Origin: Macrostomum lignano
Lineage: Eukaryota
NCBI GenBank assembly: GCA_002269645.1
Contig: NIVC01001558.1
Span: forward strand, 204,374 to 268,373
Length of the DNA: 64,000 bases
Direction of reading: 5' to 3'
The notes beneath the pieces are model-generated. The model had not been told where the DNA came from. It saw only the letters and a program-made list of their open reading frames with translations, and made no database searches. The translations under genes were made by a program, and so were the position numbers. This document shows positions 1 through 18,448 of this stretch, piece after piece (position 1 is the stretch's first letter; every line of letters begins with the position of its first letter).

Positions 1-2130
<2,130 letters not shown>

Positions 2131-2233
2131 GCCGTTTCTGGGGCAATTCACAGGGTGCACCTGCGGGAAAGACGGGAAAGTGTGCGAGTGTAATGTTATA
2201 AGAATAGAAATTTTTATTACAGGTAGAGACATT

Positions 2234-2580
2234 GGGGGCTGTGTGCACCCTGGCGCACTTTAAGCGACATTGTCACACAACCGGCGAGAGGCATTACTGC
2301 CCATTCCGCCGACTTCCCTGAGCAGGCACACAAGCGCGCGGATACGTACGCAGTCATACGCACAGGCACTCACACAGGAGTGTACAGCGGCCCTAGCTTT
2401 ATTTATCGTTAGGCATGTACACTTCACTGTGCCTTGTGGGCTGGCTCTCAAGGGTGTTAATTGCACGAGCAGAGCCAAGCCGAGATTCCAATTCAGCACC
2501 AAAGTTAATGTGACTGCACTGGGAATCGAGCCTGGGCCGCTGGCAAATCAGAGCGCTGCGCTAGACCACTGGGCTACGGG
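2234..2580 (-). mobile_element. tRNA-derived SINE family B, full-length copy
   Basis: Minus-strand head GTAGCCCAGTGGTCTAG (A-box) ... GGCTCGATTCCC (B-box). The body is near-identical to copies at 57178-57470 and 61128-61389. Confidence 0.85.
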
Positions 2581-4888
2581 CTAAGAATACTCGTAGAAGC
2601 ATTCCCAAATTAAAATCGAAGTACGCTCGTACTTAGTTGCCCTCAATTAAGTAATTAAACAAGGAATCGACCAGCATTTTATCAAAGCATTTCGCATTTC
2701 CTGAGTTGATTTCTTAAATAGGATCAGATCCCTAGGGTTTACAGTCGAGGGACGAGGAAGGAAAATCAGCTGGATTGTTTCAAAGCAACTGGAAAGAGAG
2801 TCGGGTTGGGGGAGAAAAATAGGAAGGAGAAGATCGAGGGCAAAGGCCGGCCATTCTGTGCAGCTCTCAGACGGCATGGCTTTATTCTGAAGCCGGAGCC
2901 TTCCTGGAAGCAGTGGGGTGGAAACGGCTGGAATTGAGGGGGGCGGCTTTCCTGTGAAATGACTTCGGCCGCCTCTTCACTGCACCTCTCAGCTTGTCCT
3001 TTTCTCCCGCTCTCCACTCTTTCTACTTTCATTTTCTCTGCTCTCCATCTCTCTCCCTTCTTCTATCATCCGCAGAAGAAGCTGGGCATGGACCGAGAGC
3101 ATTCTTGAGTCGCCTCTCTCCCCTTCTCCCTCTACTCCTTTCTCTTCTTTGCCTGACCCCCTTTGAAATTCCCGCTAATCCTGGCTGCACTGCTGCACTC
3201 TGGCCTGTCAGGCACACAGCCGCTGCGCACTCGCTAAGAATTTTGTAATGGATGGGAGAAAAAGCATCGGGCTGAACGGCAATTTTTTCTCTCACGCTTT
3301 GCTATTCGAATGGCGTGGCGCCTGAGATGGATGGATAAGACCGCGGCTCGAGTGCGCATTGATTTCTATCGTGCTCAGCTGCGCAGGCCGCGGCGGCTTG
3401 CTGAGCCAAACAGGGAACTCACCGGGTCGAGCGAGTCGAGAGGTGAAGCAAAGGAGGGAAGTTAAGGGGAGGGGGCACTTGGCTAATCTCCGAGCCACCT
3501 GAGGCTGATTGAGTTAGGAAGGAAGCAGCGAGGTCAAAGGCGACTGCAGCGGATTAGCGAGTCCCTTGGGGAGCCTTTTTAATTTTGAGAAAGCTTTGGC
3601 TTTGACAAATTGGCACTAAGACACTCAAATCTGCTTCTCTGCAGCTGGATGAGAATGCTGTTCGGGTTCAAAATCCCCAGATTAATCAATGATTTCTAGG
3701 CACTAAATCACCTGAACTCCAGCATGAAATCTTTATAAAGCTGCCTTGAATCTTGTAAACTCAAATTTGAATCTCAGCTTGAGATAAGCAGCTTTGACTT
3801 TTTTCATCATTTTGTCGATTCAATTTGCTAAAAGCAATCTATGAGTAGCCACTGCAAAGTTCAGATTGTGTGCTTTGGTTAAACAGATTGCACTGGTTGT
3901 GTCAACAATAGCAGGGAAACCCCAGACTCATCCGCAGCTAGAGAGGGCACAGCAAACACAACTGCATTAAATGCGACAAAAAGCACACGGTGTCATCAGT
4001 ACTTGCCTATTTCGATATGCATAACTTCTGCACTGCCTGTATAGCCTGGAAGTGCAGACAAATGGCACTGAGGGTCGGAAGATGCATGGGATCTGCACAC
4101 CCCATTGGAATGCCGGCATTCAATGCACGCACAAGCATACAGCGAATTGTCCGTTTGCCTAATTCCATACTTTGCGCGAATTATTTTATTCCGTGCGCTG
4201 CACAAAGGGGATATTCCCTGATGCGACGGAAAGAGATGGAGAAAGGGAGAGGCAGAAAGGAATGGGGAGGACAGATATGCTGGCCCTCCGTTGCCCTCTC
4301 TCTAATAACTTCCACTAGGCTGCCCAAATGAAAAAGTTAAAAAGTACAGATCCTTGGCATTTCCACGGGCAATTTCCAAAGTCCTTTAGCTATTCTCAAT
4401 AAAATTAATTGAAAATGGAATTCAATTCATCCATAGGATTATAATATTATGGTTGATAAAAATTATAGATAGTTTCTGCCTTAGTAACTTGGTTATGATT
4501 GCTTCGATCTCACGATAAAGAGCACAAACTCTTGGCAGTCTCCTTGAAAAGTATCTAAGTGATTCATTATTTAAAGGCGTCTTTATTAGTGTTCCAAGTT
4601 CAGAATTTTTGCTTCGTCTATTAACTGGGTCAGAAGAAGTCACGCACTGCACACACGCGGGTGTGTTTGCGTTTGTTGGGTTCAAACAACAACGGTTCTG
4701 CTGGGTTATGCAGCATTCGTGTGCAGTTTGGCCTGTAAACTGAAAGTTTGCTCTCTGCCTCAAAACTGATGGTCTGTCTTTTCCATTTGAAGCTCGCTTC
4801 TATGGAAGAGATGCAAATAAAGAACGCTTGTGTCTGTTCCGCGTCGGCAATGGTTTGAATAGCTCTGAGCAGGCTGGATACTCAAAAA

Positions 4889-5337
4889 ACTTCCTTCCTT
4901 CCTTCCTTCCTTCCTTCCTTCCTTCCTTTCTTCCTTCCTTCCTTCCTTCCTTCCCTCCTTCCTTCCTTCCTTCCTTCCTTCCTTCCTTCCTTCCTTCCTT
5001 CCTTCCTTCCTTCCTTCCTTCCTTCCTTCCTTCCTTCCTTCCTTTCTTCCCTCCTTCCTTCCTTTCTTCCTTTTCTCCTTCCTTCCTTCCTTCCTTCCTT
5101 CCTTCCTTCCTTCCTTCCTTCCTTCCTTCCTTCCTTCCTTCCTTCCTTCCTTCCTTCCTTCCTTCCTTCCTTTCTTCCTTCCTTCCTTCCTTCCTTCCTT
5201 TCTTCCTTCCTTCCTTCCTTCCTTCCTTCCTTCCTTCCTTCCTTCCTTCCTTCCTTCCTTCCTTCCTTCCTTCCTTCCTTCCTTCCTTCCTTCCTTCCTT
5301 CCTTCCTTCCTTCCTTCCTTCCTTCCTTCCTTCCATC
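4889..5337 (+). repeat. (TTCC)n microsatellite, ~110 units
   Basis: Directly visible near-perfect tetranucleotide array. Confidence 0.99.
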
Positions 5338-6132
5338 CACAATCAAGTTAGCTTAGCAATCAGTTGCAGTCCTGCGCCTTCACGCTATCCTGAGGTGAAT
5401 ATCCCGCAAGTACGTCTCATTTGCGGCCTTTCTAGGTGACTTCAAAGAAAAAGAAGAAGACTCAAGGAGAAACCAAGCAGAATGCAAGAAAAATGAAATC
5501 GTCGAAGAGAGGCTGTCATTCTGAATTAGTGGTTGTCATGATTGAAGTGGCCATTATATTTGTGCGCAGGACCAGAGCCAATGCAGTCAGCCTCAAGAGT
5601 AGAGCTTTGCTGCAATGTTCTGCAAAAGCAATAGTCAACACAGTCAAGTCAGAGTCATCGTTTTTCTTAGCTCATCTTCGGGCATCTGCTCAGCTGGCAA
5701 AAAGCTTATTAATTATTCAGATCATGAGCTGGGCCGCCGAGTAGCGAAAAAGATGGAGCAACGAACTCTAAATAAAACCGAATTTCATCAACGCATCGCT
5801 TTGCTGTTTTTCCTTATCTGGGGCTTATGGATCTCGAGCGGCAGAAATAGCGAATTAATTAGAGTCGGACTATGTAGGTCTTTACTCGTAAACTGCCTCC
5901 CGGGGCTGACTGCTCAAGCAGAACTGATGAAGCTGCATTGCCGAGCTTGAAATTAACTTATATATCTGTGATAGATTGGTTGGACTTAGCAAACTAAATC
6001 TATACGAAATCTCGCATGAGACGGAGGTTGGGAGAAACGTACAGGAGAAGAACAGTAATTAATACTGACAGGGTGACTTTAACTGTGAGGAGTGTTAATG
6101 TTAAGCCAAATCAAGCAAACCATGCTGTAAAG

Positions 6133-6731
6133 CAGGTGTCGGTAAACTGCGGCCCTCGGGTCCTTTGAAACTTCACAATAGCAGTGCGGGCCCGATCAAG
6201 GTTCGAGTCTCTTCTCAGATCTCTTCTCTTTAATCACCTCTCTCCTTATCATCTCTCCTCTCTCTGCTCTCCTCTCTCCTCTCTCTGCTCTCCTCTCTCA
6301 TCTCTTATCTCTCATCTCTCCTCTTTCTTCTCTTTAATCTCCTCTCTCATCACTCATCTCTCCTCTCTCCTCTCTCCTCTCTCCTCTCTCCTCTCTCCTC
6401 TCTCCTCTCTCTTCTCTTTAAACTCCTCTCTCCTCTCTGCTCTCTCTTCTCTCCTCTCTCCTTTCTCCTCTCTCTTCTCTCTTCTCTCCTCTCTCCTCTC
6501 TTGTCTCTCGTTTCTCTTCTCTCCTCTTTCCTCTCTCCTCTCTCCTCTTCTCTTCTCTCCTCTCTCCTTTCCTATTTAATCTCTCCTCTATTCTCTTTTA
6601 TTCCCCGTCCTCTCCCTTCTTTTTTCTTTCTTCTCTCTTCTCTATTCCTTCTCCTCTCTTCCCTCCTCTGGCCCGCAGTCATGCACTAGGTTCTCTATCT
6701 GGCCTTTGAGGGTAAAAAGAGCCGACCTCTG
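6133..6731. mobile_element. hAT (Charlie-like) MITE with an internal CT-rich microsatellite
   Basis: Termini CAGGTGTCGG...GCCGACCTCTG. Perfect 8-bp TSD CTGTAAAG at 6125-6132 and 6732-6739. CT tract at ~6230-6665. Confidence 0.8.
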
Positions 6732-8483
6732 CTGTAAAGTATAAAGTAAAAAAACTGATTGCGAATTCACTATTGCAGGAATAGTGACAACTGCGGTGTT
6801 ATGAATGGTAATCCCAATAAAACCAACATAGTTGTTCATATCGCTTCTGCCACTGTGCTGCAGTTGCTAGGAGCACTTTTAGTTCAAGCAATGCTTGAAA
6901 AAAGCAGATAGACACGCTTGAAGGGCGAATTAGCTAAATCCCTACTGACCAGTGGCTGGAGGCTGCCGTAGATTGGCACGGGACACAGGAAACCTGCCTG
7001 CCCTGCTGCATGCGGAAATTCTCGCACAACAGAGTCAGTCATTCATTATTGCTCTAAGCTCAACAAACTTTGCTTTTCTTATTTCCCAAAAATAACTTTA
7101 CGACACACAGGCTGCTTTGCAAGCCCGGAAATTGATTGCAGTGATGCGATCTGTCTCAGAATGAGCTTCTTCTATGCTATTCCATCTCCGCTATCCGCGT
7201 GTTCAGTCAAGAAGCAGAAAAGAAAGACGTTGAAGCGAATGATTTGCCTGTCATCCCATATGCAAAAGGTCACTTCGGAGAGGGCGAGATTACACGGACC
7301 TTGAACGAAGTAATTAGCTTGGGGAAAAAACGCGAATCGAGCTGTCGTTTTTTGCCGCAGTATTTCGACCTCCTGCAGACTGAGCTCAGCCTGTTTTGCT
7401 GGGAAAATCTAACTTAGGAAGCAGGTCAGCAGAGCTAGTCGGATGAGTTTGAGAGACACACGCAAAAAAGTTTTGAAGAAGCTATTAGGAAGCGTCAATC
7501 ATTTCTAAAACGCTCTTCAGTGTTCGGGTGTACAGAGCTCTTGTTTTCTTCAGAACTGGTTTACATGATAGAAAGTGTCATTATTCTCATATTTTTCATT
7601 AGCAACAAAAAATTGCCACGACAACTACGAGGCAATGTTGTCAGAAATTGAATCAGGAATCTGTGAGACGTTTTTTCGCGCGCTGCCGTCCAAAATCAAA
7701 CAGCAGAAATTGAATTCCAAGACAATGAATGAGCAAGTAGGTCTTCATTGGGTCACACAATCGATGAGTAGAGTGGAGTAGACTTTGAGCGTGACTGAAG
7801 CTAAGACACTGCCTACTCTCGGAAGCCTTTCGCTTCGATGGGCCTCTCCAGATATCCCTCCACATCTATGCGCCTGTTTAGGAGTTCCAAATCGATTTCC
7901 ATTCGTGTCCACATGCCACTGCCACCTCTATGCTTTACCACAGATGGGGAACAGCAAGGCTCCCAAATCCTCATCCAAACGAGTCCTGGCCTAAATGCGG
8001 CTGAGTTCTGCTGCAAGAGAAAGAAACTTCGAATAAACTATAGAGCGGAAATTGGCAAGCAACTTTTTCAGCACTGCCTCTTTACCCTCTCTACCTTAGT
8101 CGTAGTCAGGATAGACAACTATTCTGTGAAGCATATGGCCAAGCCAATAGAGTTTTGGAGTCATTTCGAACAGAAGCAATGCGAGCGCAGATGCTTGAGA
8201 ACATAGCGGGATCAAAGTAAGAGAGCTCAACTGTAGCACAGCCAGTCTTCGATCGATAATAGACAAGATAGAGCATTAATGAGCATAGTGGATGGCTCTT
8301 GCGATAGTAGACTTACTAGCTGAGAGAGTTCTTCCTGTGTTCCTACCTAGCTCGTATTCATGCCTCAGTAGCCTTGGGGTACGAGAATAGGGACAAACTG
8401 TATCGTATTATAGAAAGGAAATTGCTGGAAGGTAGAACGAATGAATGTGGAGAAAAATCATTATAGCAAATTGAGAATCATAA

Positions 8484-13260
<4,777 letters not shown>

Positions 13261-14968
13261 TCCTTGTGCTCTTTTACCTTGGGGTTGCGATAGGGGCCTC
13301 GCGGCCTATTCGCGGCGCCTGCGCCCCCCGTCAGTAGTAAGTAAGTAACCACCAAAATTGTTGGCTTAAGCTAAAACGGCTATGCATGTGATATACATAC
13401 GGCTTCCGAAATTAATCAGGGATGCCTTGTCTGAAACATGATGCGACACAGGGACTTGATCAGAGCTCACTTCTCTGCACTTTTCATCCCCCCAATCCCC
13501 TGCTCATAAGACTGGCTAAAAATTGAATTTCATCCCGAAATCCAGGGAGAAAGACCTCAAAGGAGACCCGCAAGGAGCTCCCTGGAGGAACGACAGGTCT
13601 TCCTTCATGCATGTAGGTTGCTGATAGAAAATCATAAGCGAAGGATATTGCTATTCGCACACGATGATTTCGATTTGCGAGTATTTGTGTAAATTTTATA
13701 CCAAACGACCGTGAGATGAACGGGAAAAGCTTGGTGAAGCTGGAATAGAAATGCTTGAGCATGATCATAATGGCTACGAAAGCTTGACTCCAGGTGGATT
13801 ATTTTCCATGAACTATCCGGCCAATTTCGCCCCAATGTTAGCAGATTTCATGCACAAAAGCTTGACAGAATGACTCGCCATTCGCCATTTGACACTGGTG
13901 CCACACCAGCTGGCAGAGTAGAGCGACAGGGTTGGGGCACAATTTGCTACAGAAATTTGCCAACCTGAATTGTGCAGTCTTCCTCGCTGATGTGCGTGAG
14001 CCTCTGGCAGACAACTTTGCCGGGATAGCAGTCGGTACTGAGGCCCTCGGCTTGCAGATCTGCAGCCCAAGCTTTAGGCCAGGACCAGAAGCATGTCATG
14101 GGACAGAGGCCAGTAAGCCTAAAATAGAAATCGCGTATGGGAGAAGACTCCGCGCCACCCAGTCTGAGTAGGAATCCCCGCCGCTCTTTTAATTTGCACA
14201 CTTGCCAAGGAAGAGAAGTGGCTTAGTGGGGACCGCACTGCGTCGGAAGGGGGTAGCGCTACTGCTCACTTTAAAGCAAAATTGAGCCGGGGTAGGCGGC
14301 CCCTGGCGAGGAAGGAGGTGCCGTGGAAAGAAGGACAGAGCCGCGGCACTCCCGTTCGTCCGTTAGAGGTGCCCCGAAGCCTTTGCCTACCCGGCCTGCG
14401 GGAGACAAGGATTGGACAAGGAGGAGGAGTTGAAGGCCGATAAAGAGTAGGAAGAGAAGGTTGGTGAAAATATACAGTGCAATGCTCCCTTCCTATCACT
14501 CTTCGTCTCTTTCTCCCCTTGCATTCTCTCCCCTCCTCTCTCCAGATAGTGCACAGGATTGCAGAGGCAAGGGAAGAAAAAGTGGGAAGGAGGGATTTGA
14601 GAAAAACACGGTTTGAGTTGAGCCGATGCATAGGCCGGAGGCGCTTTGGGAGAAATAATTAGAAATGGAGGAGAGAAAAAATTGAAGGCTGCATCTGGTT
14701 TAGCGGATCTATTGTTTCCTAGTGTCCTGTTGCCACTCAGTTTTGTGATTAAATTCCTGTCAGTTCAAGCTATTTCACAATCCTGAAATCCTGAATTATG
14801 ATTGATTAGAAAGGCAGTGAGTTTGAATTCTACTAGAAAACAGGGGCATTATTTACTTAGCTTAGCATGAAACCACGTGCTCAACCTTTAGCAAGCACTC
14901 AGGAACACAGGTTCAATACACCCCTGGATGGGCCACTACTGCCCATACTGCCCAGTGGGCCACTACTA

Positions 14969-15076
14969 CCGCAGCGCGAAAACCCCCGGGGGTTCAGACC
15001 ATAGACTATAGCTTCTGCTGCTCTCAAGCATTAGCAGCAGCAGCTGGTGTCTGTGGCCCAAACCCCGGGGTTTTCG
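14969..15076. mobile_element. Small MITE (~110 bp), copy 1
   Basis: Imperfect ~20-bp TIR GCGCGAAAACCCCCGGGG/CCCCGGGGTTTTCG. Reverse-complement copy at 35556-35669. Confidence 0.65.
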
Positions 15077-17081
15077 GGACCTCGGAGACGGCCCCTAAAT
15101 ATTGTACATTAGTGAACACTGGAGGGACACATCTACGGATACTATAGAATCTGTGCTCAAGGATGTTAGGGGTGCCGAAATTTCCATATCGGATTAAATT
15201 TTTCTAGCATTTCTTTCTACAGTCCTGCAGTGTTCAGGCCCAAGTTCGAAGCTGAATTGAACCAACCTCTGCTTCTGCAAGGGAGACGAGCGCACGCCTT
15301 GCTGATTTTCAGGATTACTCGTACGTCTTTTCAATTGACCGAATTTGAGGAATAGGAGAAGAGGAAATTTCATACAGTCGGGAACTTTCGGAATTGACTG
15401 CTAACGATAACGAACCCGAAGCAGAGTCTGCCTTAAATGCTTATCCGCATTTTGTTAAGAAAAACGGAAATTCGACTATCGAAGTGTTCGTCTTACAGCA
15501 GATTGTTCTCAAAATCGGACAGAAAAACTCGACTTGTTGCTACGCTGCACTCAGCTTTTACGAACAGCTGATTTGACTCGTAGTTCAAAATCTTACCGTC
15601 TCGGGTGGATTCAGCACGGTAGGACTGGGACTGCCGAAGCTTAGTTCAGGATTATTTGTGCTCGCCAAGCAATGCCGATTATCTTTATATAGGTGTCTTC
15701 TTTAACCTCGCATTGGGGTGCCGCACTAGAAGGCAAGCGTGTGTTCTAAACGAGAAGTTTTTTTACAGCGGGCGCTAAAGTGCCAAAGAAGGGTGCTGGC
15801 AAAAGGGCTATACCTCAGAATATATACTTCCAAAGCAAATGTCTGTTTAGACAGACATGTATACATTTGGGTTAAACACAGGAACAGAATTTTGTGCTGC
15901 AACGCTTGCCTGTGTCACAAGGCCATATCGCTCTATTTTTCCTCTATTCGTCCGGCCTTGCTCGTGTCGCGTTGTGCCTTCTCTTTTTTGTTGGCGGGCG
16001 CTTGCCTGTGCACATGCATGCGTGTTTGGCGAAAGGCGGGACCTTGAACAACCAAAGCGCTCGCATGACGCACTACGGGAGACACGGAGAGAGAGAGAGA
16101 GAGAGAACACTCTGAAACGTACGCTGTGTTCTGCTCCTTCTAGCTTCTCTCTTCTAGCCTCCAGTTGTCTCCCCAACCACCCTATGCGCACATCTGTGAG
16201 GGCAGGGGAAGAACAGGATTAAGCCCGTTGCAGCTTAGCGTCTCTCATCTCTATCCTCCATCGTCGTCTCTTCCGCGCAGAAGTATCCTTTTCTTTCAGA
16301 AGATGTGCGTTGGAGCCCAAAGTTTTCGCTGCGCTGTCCTCCTCCACCCGTTGCTCCAATTTCCTTCCCTTACTTCGCTTTCACTTGTCCCTTTTGTACA
16401 TGGGTGATGCCATGCCTATTTATAGCCAGCGCTCCCGCTTATGGTTAGAGTGCTGAAAAATCAGCTGAGGGCAAAGTGGATGGCGTGATTCTAAAAATAG
16501 CTCATATCAAAAAACATTCCAGGTCGGGGCGGGTAAGGCACAGACCAGTGTGGTTTCCTATCTAGTGTGGGCTGCGTTCATTATTAGTATTTGGGCAATA
16601 TGCGACGTGACGCACACGCCAAAACGCTGCGATGCGTGAGTAAGAAAGAAATGAACCACGTTTGTTTACGAAGCTTTTCTATACTATATGAGTACATTAC
16701 TCACATATCAGAGGGCTTTTTTGTGACGACTGGTCTCTCTGATTTGAGGGCAGAAATCAATCTGGACTGGATTGCTTTGAGGGTTCCAGTTGAGTCATAA
16801 AAAGAGCACTAAAAGCCCCTCTGGCTTCTCCTCTGAGTAGCTAGGTTTTCTTGGCCTTCGCAATACCAGCTTTTTAATCTAGAGGGCTTATGGAGGTCTT
16901 ATGGCTATTCGAATTCCTATTGCTGCTAGGAACACAGGAATTTTCGGGCAGATATCAGGTTTGATTGTTTTAATTCTTTAACTCTGAAATTCTTACAGTT
17001 TTAGTGTAACACATGCTATAGTTTAGCCGCAACTCTGAAATGCTTTGAATATGGCATTGAGAATTTAATTCAAAGTCTCAC

Positions 17082-17255
17082 CGTGGTGAAGTTGTTACTT
17101 TGCTCTTCTCCGGATAACTCCTTCCTGCTGTCTTTGCTGCCACCGCCGCCGCCGCCGCCAGGAGGGCTGGTGCCTGACGATGCTGAAGAGTGCCAGAACT
17201 TCAAGAAGTCCAATTTGAACATGCTATTTTGGTCGGGAAGGTGAATCGCGTTCAT
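17082..17255 (-). other. Candidate coding first exon (58 codons, poly-Gly) with a phase-0 donor; possibly a distal STK38 exon
   Basis: ATG at 17255, open frame to ACG|GTGAGA at 17082/17081. Phase matches the STK38 acceptor at 2161/2160. Confidence 0.35.
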
Positions 17256-18157
17256 GTAGGGCTGTAGTTGATCTTGGTAACAATAAATGTGAAGGAAAAT
17301 TCAATGCTAGCTGTATGAGTAGGAAATTATCAAATTTACAATTCTCAAATTTACTTCTATAAGAAAATGGGGTACACACTTCTAACAAAAACAACGCTGC
17401 AGTTTCTTTTTTCTGCTGTCCATTATTTTCTACCGCAGCAGCGTTTCTGCCAGATAAATAGTTTTTTTTAATGTTTTCGCTGTTCTGGTGTTATTAATTC
17501 CACAGCCGAAAAGGCAGATATGCACTGAAAGAGACGTAATGAAAGATAGTCAGTGCAGATGCAGACTTGGCTGCAGGGGCCGCTATTGGAGGGACACTGA
17601 GTGCGCAGAATCACACCACTCACAAAAGGGGGCAGTGGCCTGCGGGCGTGTCACGCGCTTCCAGGCCAGCATAATGAAAATCAAAAAGTAGTTAAAGCCA
17701 CCCTAAAAAATAAAATGCTTGACCGACAGCTCACACAGCTTATTAAGAGGATAATAAATTCCATGGCACGGTGAGATAAATATCGTATGACAGTCTTGTA
17801 AAATATTGCAGGCTGTAGTTGATTGCTGTCTGGTTTAGGGTTCTGATCAAACTGATGGCTAATAGGAAAATTCCATAAAACAAATTAGAATGCGTCCTGG
17901 TAGGAAGTTCTGAGTAAATCCGGCCAGTATGGTAAACATTGATGGCACAGGCATTAATGCAATGACACTCCATTTATGACCCATAAGCTAAGGGTGGCCA
18001 TCACATCACCGGCATTTACCCCGGGATACGTTGTATGCAGCAAGATCTGAAATAATTCTGTGGCCTTGGTTGGCGATGACCTCGCGAGGAAACACGAGTA
18101 AGTCCAGGGCGCTAGGACGCATATTATATTGCATTCGGGAGCTGCTCGATCCAACTA

Positions 18158-18448
18158 GGTGGTTGTAGCCTAGTGGTTAGAGCGTCGGACTCACGACTGA
18201 AAGATCGGGGGTTCGATTCTCGACTCACTCACAACATTGTTAACTCTGCATTGCTTCAATTCACCCAGCTGTAAAATGGGTGCCAGCATTAGCTGGGGTA
18301 ATTGAGGCTGTGTGTGGCGACCCCCCAGTCCTTGGACTGAACAGCCGTACGCAGCCTTCCGATACGCCGTGCAATAAGCTGCGGCGGAGCGGTTAAATGT
18401 AGTCGCACATCGGCCCATTAAGGCAGGTGTAATCAGATATAATTATTA
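18158..18448 (+). mobile_element. CORE-type tRNA-SINE family A
   Basis: A-box TAGCCTAGTGG, B-box GGTTCGATTC, CORE-like ...CACCCAGCTGTAAAATGGG, and (ATT)n-type tail. Confidence 0.85.

Noticed and set aside
4800-5439. ORFs encoding (GRKE)n or (LPSF)n
   Set aside because: These are translations of the TTCC microsatellite.
18158-18230. tRNA gene calls at SINE heads (also 29802, 35087, 59258, 2520-2580)
   Set aside because: They have A/B boxes but no complete acceptor stem, and they continue into a shared SINE body and tail.
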